DNA from: Platydemus manokwari
Taxonomy: Eukaryota
NCBI GenBank assembly: GCA_037951405.1
Contig: JBBMOY011211431.1
Coordinates: 1 to 32,325 of the forward strand
Reading direction: 5' to 3'
Length of the DNA stretch: 32,325 bases
Part shown: positions 23,001 to 32,325 of the stretch, one piece after another
Position numbering within the stretch: position 1 is the stretch's first letter
Layout of the letters: each line of letters opens with the position of its first letter
Position numbers and translations under genes: made by a program
Notes under the pieces: model-generated
Database searches by the model: none
Seen by the model: the letters and a program-made list of their open reading frames with translations, nothing else
Told to the model about the DNA's origin: nothing

Positions 23001-23168
23001 AATCAGTCAGAGTGCAACTCCAGCCAGATCCACTAAATGTACTTGTGTCAATGATGGAGAATATAGCTGTGTTCCATTGGACGTGCACACTATTTTTCCG
23101 GTAAGTACTCATTTGTTTCAATGATGAAAATGATTCATTCTATGTTTTAGGTGACGAAGGTCGCTTGA
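5011..23168 (+). CDS. Giant apolipophorin/apolipoprotein B-like large lipid transfer protein (LLTP superfamily); 8 exons: 5011-5068, 5131-5336, 5392-5634, 5986-6319, 6370-6622, 6682-7201, 7255-23100, 23151-23168; 5,825 aa
   Basis: All seven GT..AG introns join the separate ORFs in frame (17,478 nt including stop). Motifs seen: signal peptide MRLFSTVLLIVLMFFVVNA; LLT start FKPGNTYTYSYE; CMDKDEPVWSENIKKVII; LKALGNL; DSELRINAYLTVMGC; EKANQVGSFIWTHL; KFSRN; NIIFSEKSFVPRSISLN; RLEGLEELLFKLFGPDGY; C-terminal VWD (VVTFD...VRGLFGNNDNEPFND), C8-like and vWA-like segments. Confidence 0.93.
5131..5336 (+). CDS. Exon 2 (start of the Vitellogenin_N beta-barrel)
   Basis: In frame with ORF 5076-5357; donor TCG/GTAAAA; 55-nt intron 5337-5391 ends TTTCAG. 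Confidence 0.88.
5392..5634 (+). CDS. Exon 3
   Basis: In frame with ORF 5350-5643; contains ICMDKDEPVWSENIKKVII; donor CAG/GTATAT; 351-nt intron 5635-5985 ends TTCTAG. Confidence 0.87.
5676..5802. repeat. 13-bp minisatellite (~10 copies, consensus GATATTGATNACC) in intron 3
   Basis: Units: gatattgatgacc gatattaattatc gatattgatgacc gacattgaccacc aatatttattact gatattgatcaca gatattaattatc gatattgatcacc gatattgattacc gatattcaat. Confidence 0.9.
5986..6319 (+). CDS. Exon 4
   Basis: ORF 5986-6330 frame; HGDC and CTEYYQLTPF motifs; donor A/GTATGA; 50-nt intron 6320-6369 ends CACAG. Confidence 0.85.
6370..6622 (+). CDS. Exon 5 (start of the LLT alpha-helical domain)
   Basis: ORF 6357-6653 frame; PKLFMQLINQLKEL; donor AG/GTGGTT; 59-nt intron 6623-6681 ends TATAG. 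Confidence 0.83.
6682..7201 (+). CDS. Exon 6 (LLT alpha-helical domain)
   Basis: Extends ORF 6734-7216 upstream (RSIFYDAVSFVNTP); contains LKALGNL and IRISALEVMR; donor GAT/GTAATT; 53-nt intron 7202-7254 ends TTTAG. Confidence 0.88.
7255..23100 (+). CDS. Exon 7, giant 15,846-nt coding exon
   Basis: Uninterrupted ORF 7267-23124 plus four upstream codons (RSIA); ends at the in-frame consensus donor CCG/GTAAGT at 23101. Small stop-free in-frame introns cannot be excluded. Confidence 0.88.
21505..22270 (+). other. von Willebrand factor type D domain followed by a C8-like cysteine-rich domain (within exon 7)
   Basis: ATISKASVVTFDKRLF, CRVLLSKD, GWYHAKVRGLFGNNDNEPFND; then SPMAACFKTVDPENFLQQC...ACESARQYKEQC. 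Confidence 0.85.
22342..23000 (+). other. vWA-like domain with degenerate MIDAS (within exon 7)
   Basis: DIVFIIDEGNC, VKFGLVTF, DGAEAILLASKYPFREHASRHIVMLS follow the vWA strand/helix pattern. Confidence 0.75.
23151..23168 (+). CDS. Exon 8, terminal coding exon (VTKVA-stop)
   Basis: 50-nt intron 23101-23150 (GTAAGT...GTTTTAG) matches the size of the other introns; AATAAA follows at 23233. Confidence 0.75.
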   Translation: MTKVA

Positions 23169-23232
23169 AGAATTTTAACTTGGATAGAAACAAAAAACTT
23201 TTTCAAAATTTGATTTTTTTAACAATTAATTA

Positions 23233-23238
23233 AATAAA
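23233..23238 (+). terminator. Polyadenylation signal
   Basis: AATAAA 65 nt after the TGA, followed by a T/GT-rich tract (TTTGTTTCGTTGTG, ~23253-23266). Confidence 0.6.
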
Positions 23239-24649
23239 TTATCTTTTGCATATTTGTTTCGTTGTGATTTGATGAATGAATTCATTTTCAAAACGATAAA
23301 TCATATCTGCTTTTGTATCTATAGCAATTCAGATAAGGTTGTCGAATCTGTTGTTGGGATTCGTATTTTATAAAATGATAAAATATTATTAACAATGATT
23401 TTAGTACAGTACACAATGAATCGATAAATATTGTGTCATCCTTTTATAGAAAATACTAATAATAACGGTGGCTTTGTAAAACATTAATAACGACTATATG
23501 TATGCAAAGTACACCAAATGAGAAAACATAAGACATCCAATGCTGATATATTTATCATTGGGATTATTTCCTATTGTCGGTTAATCAAAAATCTGAAAGC
23601 AATTTTATATAAATTCATCACCGTAAAAATAAATAAATAAAAATTATTAAGACTTATTATGCATAAATATAACAGTCTTCACGATGTGGTGGCACAAGTC
23701 CTCATGTCGAATGATAAATTGAATTCTGAAGATTGATGTTTCTGAGATTCTGATTCGAGATTTATTTATTTGAAGTCTTCTCTTTCGTCTTGCAACATTG
23801 TCGAGTATCCCTGTTATACACTGGTTGTTTTGGCTGACAAGTTAGTACTCGATCCCAACAGACATTCTTTATTTGGCATCTCTGAGCAATACCGTTATAA
23901 TGAACTCCGAGACCTAAAGGTGATTTGGATTTTTTTGATTCCGATATTCGATTTGAGCCTGTCGTTATGAGAATCCCAAGACCCAAGTACACCGATGCAG
24001 ATGTAGATCCCTTTGGGAATATTTCTGTATTTCTCTCTTGATTGAAGAATCGATGACCCTAGGAGTGTCGCTTGTATCAAAAGGAATTTTGAAAAATTAC
24101 AGATTAGATAATTTAAAACACATACACACACAATTATTTTTTAAAGTCCTTCTGATCACGATGGACATTATTTGAAACTCTCTTAGAATATTATTTTTAA
24201 TGATTAGAAAATTCGTTTAAATATCTATCAAATACAAATTTATTTTAGCGGATTTACCTAAAAATAATTTCAATGATATAGCTACTGGCAGCAATTATTA
24301 ATATTATGATTAAATAAATAAAGTTTTTAATGAATGTCATTTAATTTTTGAAGTGAAATACCCTGTAGATTAGAATTCTCATAAATCAAAGTGCTTTATC
24401 TAATTATTAAACTCTGGCTTCATTCAGTGACCCAAATTGATCTTTTATAGAAATATTTATAAAATTATTTTATATTTTATTAAACTACTTATAATTTATT
24501 AAGTACTTTATTTTTATTAATACACTTGACATACCCGTAGTTGACACAGATTTGATAGACACATTTCTAGAAGAAGAGCAAAATTTTACAATTCTCATAA
24601 GAGTTGACTTGTTCATGAATTTGAAATGATAAAGAATCTACAACAAAAG

Positions 24650-25620
24650 TTGTTGTTGAAGACCGAAATATAAATGATCTGTAATTGGAGATTTAATTCA
24701 ACAATAAACCGATCTACACAGGTATCATTCCTAAAATTACACAGTTTCCAACAGTTTGTAACTGAGAGTGTCACCATTGGCCTTATTTTTGTGATCCAAT
24801 GCTTGTTTCTTGTGTGTCCGTGAGTTTGAAAACTATGATGAGGATTTGCGATTTTTCACATAGGTGATTGTGTCTGCCTAATGGTGCGGTTATTCATTTC
24901 AATGAAATGAATTTTTGGGCTTATCACCATTTCTATAGATCAATGGGAGTGTTTGTAAGATTTTTGTTTGAATAGGCTTCTTTGTAATTGGTTAATGATC
25001 GGGTTTGAAGTTGCATGGATCCTGGTTTATTTTTAAATTCTTCCATACTCATTTATGTTATCCAAATTGGTTTAATAATCTCAGAACATATTCAAATAAA
25101 ATACAATCTAAGAAACAATAGAGGTAAATCATAAATCTGTATGATCATCAATGTCTGTCCGTGGAAAATAATTGTATCGGCTTCTGATATTCTTAAAACT
25201 TTATCATAAATTAAAATGATTTTTCAAACAAGGATATCATTATTAAATTTATTGATGAATCCACCAGTGACAAATCTTGGCATTGAAATGAAATTGGTGA
25301 TTGTGAAATTTCTCACATTGATGATGTCGCAGAAATAGTTCGATTGCATTTTTTCTCAAGTTATTGACGAACCCAGAAAAATGAACAGCGAATTCTCATC
25401 TTTTGTTAGATAATACTTATAAAAGTAGAATAGAAATAGGATCTTTAATAGTTCATTGAATTGATTATGATTTCAACTGCCTTACAATAGCTAACTTTTC
25501 CATTGATCAGTTCTGGTTTTTGTTTCTTGATCAAATTCTTCTTACAAATTCTTAACTTTGAGCTAATGTTAATAATTCACTTCTGTTATGAAACTCATCA
25601 CATTGAAATCGAATTTCTTT
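24650..25620 (-). pseudogene. Decayed ORF, probably the downstream part of the same repeat family (copy D)
   Basis: Long, stop-interrupted minus frame with MPRFV, IYDL and TNYKEAYS...PIDL, collinear with LPSFV, LYDL and TNYKHAIS...SIDF in copy A (150-800). Confidence 0.5.
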
Positions 25621-28600
25621 TACTCCTAGTAGTTTAGCAATATTCTAATGACGAAAATAGATATATAAAGGGTGTCTGAAAGAATCTATACGCACTATTA
25701 ATAATTGTAAAGTAGGTGCATGCTAAAATTCATTTAATTTTCAAATTGCAATAGAATTAACAAACGCAATTTTATTGATTTTATAAAATATAAAGTTAAT
25801 TTCATATTGATCATGTTATACTAGTTCTTCTGATGGATGTAAATAGGACACATCGAGACGATACCACTGGGTTTATATTAATCCAAAAATCTAAAGGCTG
25901 TTTAATTAACTTTGGCTTTCTAACAAGTCTCATTAAAACTGATTACTTACAAATACAATGTTAGTAGTGGGTACTTTGCTTGAAATTGATATTTCAACAA
26001 TATTGAGCTTTTCACGTGCATTATAGGCTCACTCAGTACAGTTCCGACCTCACAGAAGCAATTTTGGCGAAAATTGGTGTACCGAACGATAAAATCCGAA
26101 ACCTGGTCAAAGAATGTGCAATTTCAAATATTGAACGTTCGGCGAAAATTTGGCATTTTCACTCGACCGATGTTTTGATGGATTTTATCTAACATAAAAC
26201 AAACGAACAATTCCTACCCAATGAAAAGCCGATATGAATTAAAGAAAAAGCAAAACTGTAACATGGTGTGCGTCCAGTGCGCCGATGACTTCAAGAATCA
26301 AAGCTATTAGACCCAAGTAGTTCACAATCAATCCAATATATCTTGTAACACATCATTTAATAACAATCCAAAATAAATTTTAAAATACTATAATTTTATT
26401 TTAAAATTTACTAATGTGATTAAAAATTTTTTATTAAAGTTTTACTTAAAAATTTTATTTAAAATTATAATTAGTTAATTTGAATTTTTCACACACAATA
26501 AATACATTAGCTCGTAATCTCAGGCGTATGTTATGCTATTAATATAGGAAATTAGAACTCCAAGATCGATTAAATAATTAATTTATTTACAAAGAACAAA
26601 ATGAATGAAAAATTATTGGCAAAATGTGCGGTTCAACACTCAAGTGTGTCACTGATAAATCTGTCAGACAAACGCAGAAGAGAGTAGAGAAAAACAGTTA
26701 ATTAGAATATGTGATATAATTATCATTCAATTCAGCAATGATGATTAGGATTTTTAGACATGAAAATAAATGTTGAAAGTTTAAAATTAATATCTTCTTC
26801 GTGCCAATAATAAGTCTAAAATCTTTCAGAAAAAATCTTACTTGAAGCACCGAATTTCGAGTTTTATGGTCTGCTGTGATTGTCGCTCGTATTTGTAGTA
26901 CTGTTCTCAATTTAACTTGTGAGTGTTCACCACATTTCCCGCTCTAAATTCTCACCATTCTTCGTGAGCCTGTTTTATTTTAATATTATGAACTCCTAAT
27001 TGCTAGTTTAATCTGTATATTCTTGGCTTTTTAATAATTATAATAATTATAACTTTATAATTTATTATTATGATAATATAATTTTCTATAATTTATTTTG
27101 TTAATATTTATTTATCGTATTATTTATTATTTTATTCCCTGTTTCTATTTATTTACATTTTTTCGTTACAATACAGTGAATTATATCGAATGTTCATTAT
27201 TCTCTCAAATCGAGACCACCATTCTGATATCAAAATTCCAATTGTTTTTTATGAAGATTAAAGAATTAGACAGTTGTTTGTAACAAAAATTAAATTACAT
27301 AAGAATATTTTATTGGAATTTTTATGAGATTATGTGATCTTTAGTGAAGGTTGGATCTTTATTTGCACTAGTATGAAGATTGAATTAAAATTATTTTGCT
27401 CTTGGAATTGTTTGCAAGAGGTTTATCCATCAACATTTAGTAACCGTCATTTCCTATCCACATATTGCTGATGACACTATTCAATATAATCCCTCACATC
27501 ACGAAACAGTTTCACTGATATTTGTGTACATAACGACTGCACTCAGTTCAGGTTTTTTTGATATCACTGTTAAAAGTCTCGTGGCGTGAGGTATGTTGAA
27601 CAAAGGAGAATATTCAACAAAAGCGCTCCGACCAAGCAAAATGCTTTTCAAGATCTCATCAAAAAAGATATAAAATTATGATGTTAGTGAAACGATATCC
27701 CATATTGCTGTAAAGGAAACTTTTCATTTTTTTTAAAATCATTTCTAAAATCATGACATACTATTTCAGCAAGTATAAGTGAACGAGATCGGTAGCATAA
27801 AAAAGAACTGTTCAATTAATTATCTGTTCAGAACGCCCAGCAAATGTTTTCCATACTACAGATGTGCTCAGCAAGAGAAGAAAAAGTGTTGGAAATGCCA
27901 ATATATCGATGTTAATATAATGGCAATAAAAAAGACTATTGTGGAAATATTCCAAGTAAATGTGGATTGAAAATCTTGTAACAATTTATGGATTAATAAC
28001 AGATCTAGAATAAAATAAGTTTTCATAAATAGAAAAGATTTTATTCATTTTGAAACTAATCTTCATTTAATTGTTATTCTAGATATGATTTTAATTCTCA
28101 TCTGGTTACCAATATCTAAATCGTTGAAGTAATGTTGTCTGGTGAATTTGAACTTTGGTTTCCAATTCTTTCATATCGGGCCTAAAATTTAATTGTAATC
28201 GAAAATGTGAAGAAATTGTTTCATCAATTCATTTATTTTTTCTGTCATTTACAATATTGTTAAGAAAAGAGAAAAGGTTCTCATTTGAAAGAGCTAATTT
28301 GAAGATAAATTTCAAGAAATTCCATTTTTTTTGTCATTGTTTTGATATCAGTGATTTACTGCATTAAACGTTTTGTGCAAACACAGCATTTACTTAAAAA
28401 TACACGATTTCAAATGTTGCGAGGTTTGATGTTTGAGAAGGATTGATAGAAACAGGATCTTATTTCAGTTCATGGAGATAGACCAATAAATTCATAATAA
28501 ATAATTATCCATCATTATTTGTAATCTCAAAATATAAATTCCAATAATAAGCTCTGGGAGAATTATTAAGAAGATGATTTTAAAAAATGAGATCATAAAA

Positions 28601-28899
28601 TTTCTAAAGATTTTTAAAATAACACTGATAATATTTTTAAAAACATATTTTTAGGTCTTCTTATAAATATTTATCAAATTTTAAATTTATCATGTATTTA
28701 AAGATATATGTATGAAGACCGAGATTATTTAATCCTCTTCATGTATTTCAGTTTCAATTCCTAAATGTGTGGTTAAATTTGTTTGATTAATACTGATGCT
28801 TTTCAGAAAAATCGAAGGTTGCACAATATTTATTTCCACAACACTGTGCTACTCAGCACGTCTCTTGTCCACTATAAAAATCAAATTCTCATAATACTT

Positions 28900-29300
28900 A
28901 TTGGCCTCCAACTGGCACAATCAATATAAAACAACGACGCAAAAACTTGGCTTCCAACTAGCAGTTGGACATCTTTATATCGATATTTATCCTTGAGATT
29001 TGTGCATAACTTTTGTATTACGTTTGAATTATATTTCGATTTAATTTTTTATTTCTCAAGTTCCTATTGAATTTATTGATTTTGTATGCTCGGAATTGGT
29101 CAATATCTATGTGTGTGTTATTGTATGGCTATGGCTCTTTTTTGAATTATAATTTTCCATTTAAGTCAGTTGTGATTGGTTGATTGCTATGCCTGTATGG
29201 TTGTGTAGGCATGTAAATTCTCAAAGTATTAAATTAAGAGTTCCAAGGTGCAAGATTGTTTTTCCTTTGCAAGATTTTGTTTCTATTCAAAAATATTGAA
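28900..29300 (-). mobile_element. Unclassified decayed coding repeat, copy B
   Basis: Collinear identity blocks with copy A; minus strand reads FNTLRIYMPTQPYRHSNQPITTDLNGKL* and YAQISRINIDIKMSNC*LEAKF. May extend left toward ~27300. Confidence 0.75.
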
Positions 29301-30599
29301 AGAAACGTTTATTAAATATTTGGGCATTAAAAATGTATCATTTTGGATTTAAATATTTTGAAAGCCTTAAATGAAATAGCTAGCACTAATGATTTCCATT
29401 TATTAAAGTCCATTCATCGAACATAATGTCCATATTCTGAATTGTGTTTAGAACTCTATTAATCAATTACGTGCTTGTAAAAATAAGTTTCCATTCTTCA
29501 TTTTCCATCGAATAGAATAGCCGAAAACAATGATCATGAAGTCACCAATTCCTGGAGCCCAATTAAAGCCTTTAATCAGATTCTCTTATTTTCGATCAAT
29601 GAACGTTTCGTTGCAATATCTTTGTTTCAAATCATTTTCTTGTTTAAATCTTTCTTAATCTTTTTAATGGTATTGAATTTTAAAATTTTCTTTCTATTTC
29701 AGCTTCGAACATTTGTATTGTCTCTTTCATTATCATAAACATAATCAATTTTTCTACGATAAACCTACCAATCGAAAACTAATATTAAATTATTAATTTT
29801 ATCCATCATAAATATTTTTTGAAGTAATATAGAAAATATTATTGATTTACATGACGATAATTAATTGAAAACTAAATTAACATATTTTCATTTACTTTTA
29901 ATTATAAGTAGAAGAATCTCGTTTAAATTCAAAATTTTATTTACTGAAAATAATATCAGGAATGGGATATATTTTCGTTAATTATATTTCAGATATTTAT
30001 TAAAAATTCAATGACAACTCATAAAAGCAAAAATAATAATTTAATACCACTTTCCTATTCAATAGAATAACGTCTATTGAGCCTGTTACCGCTAATAAAG
30101 ACAATAAAAAGTAATGGAGCGGTTGATTTGATATTGTTTCTCGTTATATTATCTATCTCTCGAGAATTTTCTGACATTTCGGTTGACAGAATTTTTCTTT
30201 ACTTTTGATAAAAAACAATTAATCGTATCGAGATATTCAACGAATATATCATCAAACATTTCAGACAATTGTAGAAAATTATCAAATATTCCACTTATAG
30301 AATTGTCTGGGACTAGCAATTATTTCTGAAGGCACTCGTGATCGATTTCCAATTTAGAGATAAAATCTATTAAATATTTTATTCATGAAATCGATGTAGA
30401 GAATAAAACACTTTCGATTTTTGCTCTTTTTCCACGAATTTCTATTTATGTTGTGGCGTTTGAAAGCTGGGCTTAATTCATATATGTTTTTCATTGCATC
30501 GGGATCCTTATAATGACATCATATATCAGACTCGATTTAGAAGTGTGTCCATTGTTGATTTTAGAGAAGTATAGAAGATTTTAATGACCCCAGGAACAT

Positions 30600-30900
30600 G
30601 TATTTTGATACCTTTATACACATAGATATCCACACAGGCATACAGGTATGACAATCAACCAATCATAAGCAACATTGAGCCAATATTTCAAATTGGTAAA
30701 AGACATGACTGTATGACACACGCACAGAAATTAATCTATATGATGATGAATCAATAAATCCCGCTGAAATTTTGAAAAAGATCATCAAGTAAAAATTAGA
30801 AAACTAAACATATGCAAGCCCTTGATCATAAATTATGTTGCAAATACATCATACTGCCAGTTAGATTTAATATATGACCTTGAAGTGGGCATAAATAGGA
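30600..30900 (+). mobile_element. Unclassified decayed coding repeat, copy C (inverted relative to A and B)
   Basis: 30631-30667 matches the reverse complement of copy B at 30/37; reads TQAYRYDNQPII and, ~220 nt later, SYCQLD (A: NCQFE). Confidence 0.65.
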
Positions 30901-31019
30901 AATTATATTTTGGTTTCGTAACTTTCTAATCGGATAGAAATGCGTTGGATACATCACAAGTCAATCAAAAGGGTCAAAATACACAAAGCCGATAAACACA
31001 CATGCCGTTAACCGATCAA

Positions 31020-31175
31020 ATTCTTTCAAATATCAATCCATATTTGGAAGCTAAGAATTGACAGGCACATACCTACAAACTGCGGCAAGCTCAAATATCC
31101 GCCAATGACATGAGATATATAAGGAAAATCTCAAGTAAATAGATCTACAAACAAATTCAGAGAATTGAAAAAAAA
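31020..31175 (+). mobile_element. Possible RTE-clade LINE fragment (post-RT region)
   Basis: Frameshifted translation SIFGS*ELT...QISANDMRYIRKIS resembles the YGSE.WT...A.EM..LR.I motif of RTE-type non-LTR elements; short and degenerate. Confidence 0.35.
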
Positions 31176-31963
31176 GATCCGCGACATCAAGCAGACACCG
31201 CCGATGAGTCTATAAAAGAGGTTGAATTCCATGGATTCTTACTAGTCTTTTTGGTCGGTAATTTCAATGCTTAGCTTACATGTGATTTTAGTAATCAATC
31301 TTTTTGATTGCTCTTCATTCTGTTTTTAACTTTCGGGAGGTGTCTCATCTTGAGTGATTTTCTTTGTGAATTGCGTAAATTAATGAAAAGAAAATGGGGG
31401 CATTATTAATGATGTTTTCGAGTTCTAACTGCATAATTGAAAGAAATACGACTACTCATCTAGATTGGAGTGCTAGTTAAAATTGTCGATGGTTAAGAAC
31501 AAATTGACAATGGCATAATGCAGATAATCTAGATAAAAGCTCAGTCTTCAAATCCGGATAACGACAAGTCATAATGAGAAAAACAACTTAAATCATAAAT
31601 ATAGAATGAAGTAGGAAAAATCGAGTGGCATTCATGTATTCAACTTCTTGCTTCCATCTACATTCACAATGCTCACTTACCATCAGGAATTATACATATC
31701 TCTGATAGTAACGAGTGTCATCGTATTAAATCGAGCATAATAATATACTTATTTACAGCTCAAAGCATCTCTCTCGCATTTTGAAATTTCATCAAACATC
31801 AACTCCGTTCAAGCTGTCATCTCCATCATGATTGCTTCAAATTTTTTCGTACTGTTGCGCTCTGATAACAATGTCGTAAATATCGCTTGTCTCCAGGCTT
31901 TCAGAGCGAATTATATTTATGCTCGGGACTCATCATATGTATTTGCTTGCACGTAATTCAATG

Positions 31964-32125
31964 AATAATAATGACGATTATAATGATAATAATAAAATAC
32001 TAAATAATGATAGTAATAATAATAATCATTCCAATGGTAAACTACTGGACATAATAATTATAATTATTTATAAATTCTAATGATGATTAGAATAATAATA
32101 TTATTATTATTATTTATAATTGCAA
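31964..32125. repeat. Degenerate (AAT)n/(ATT)n low-complexity tract
   Basis: Interrupted AAT runs switching to ATT near 32100. Confidence 0.8.
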
Positions 32126-32325
32126 TAAAATATTTAATTAAAAATTTTATTTTCTAAAAACATTAGGTCAATGGCTTTAGTAAAATAATTAAAAATTAAT
32201 AACTGCTGACAATAATTAAATCTTATATCATAAAAATAATATCTTTATATATTAGGTTGTTGGGAAAATAATGGCCGTTTGTAAACGTATACTTTAAAAT
32301 ACTATAACTCGCTTTAAAATGAACT

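Noticed and set aside
7267-23124. Treating the 5,285-aa ORF as a complete stand-alone (or prokaryotic/viral) giant gene
   Set aside because: It begins in the middle of the LLT helical domain and is joined by canonical introns to six upstream exons, including the signal peptide, and probably to one downstream exon.
5011-23168. Calling the gene a canonical vitellogenin or assigning a species-specific symbol
   Set aside because: It is about three times the length of a typical vitellogenin, lacks polyserine tracts, and its motifs fit the apoB/apolipophorin branch better. Orthology needs a phylogeny.
25665-25700. TAAAGGGTGTCTGAAAG as a mariner-type terminal inverted repeat
   Set aside because: It resembles TACAGGGTGTC-type ends, but I found no matching second TIR or convincing transposase next to it.
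26698-28367. Short ORFs at 26698, 27098, 27779 and 28155 as genes
   Set aside because: They are short, low-complexity or repeat-derived, have non-ATG starts, and show no splice-consistent structure.
31750-31960. Minus-strand gag-like peptide (NYVQANTYDESRA...)
   Set aside because: The resemblance is vague, there are several stops, and no zinc knuckle, protease or LTR supports it.

Overview
AT-rich eukaryotic (invertebrate animal) genomic DNA. The window is dominated by one complete + strand, 8-exon gene (ATG 5011 to TGA 23168, 5,825 aa by my splicing). It encodes a giant secreted large lipid transfer protein (LLTP) of the apolipophorin/apoB type: signal peptide, Vitellogenin_N/LLT module, DUF1943-like barrel, ~3,800 aa beta-rich tract with recurring (T/S)P(F/Y) motifs, amphipathic helical tract, VWD, C8-like and vWA-like domains. 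Six introns are 50-62 nt, one is 351 nt, and one exon is 15,846 nt. A TATA box with an Inr, a GATA/HNF4-like site cluster and an AATAAA signal frame the gene. The flanks hold microsatellites and decayed mobile DNA: a Tc1/mariner-superfamily transposase fragment, a possible RTE-LINE fragment, and 3-4 diverged copies of an unclassified, formerly protein-coding repeat. No RNA genes, CRISPR arrays or prokaryotic systems were seen. The ATT microsatellites, tiny introns and giant apoB-like gene are compatible with a flatworm or other lophotrochozoan, but the taxon cannot be established from the sequence alone.
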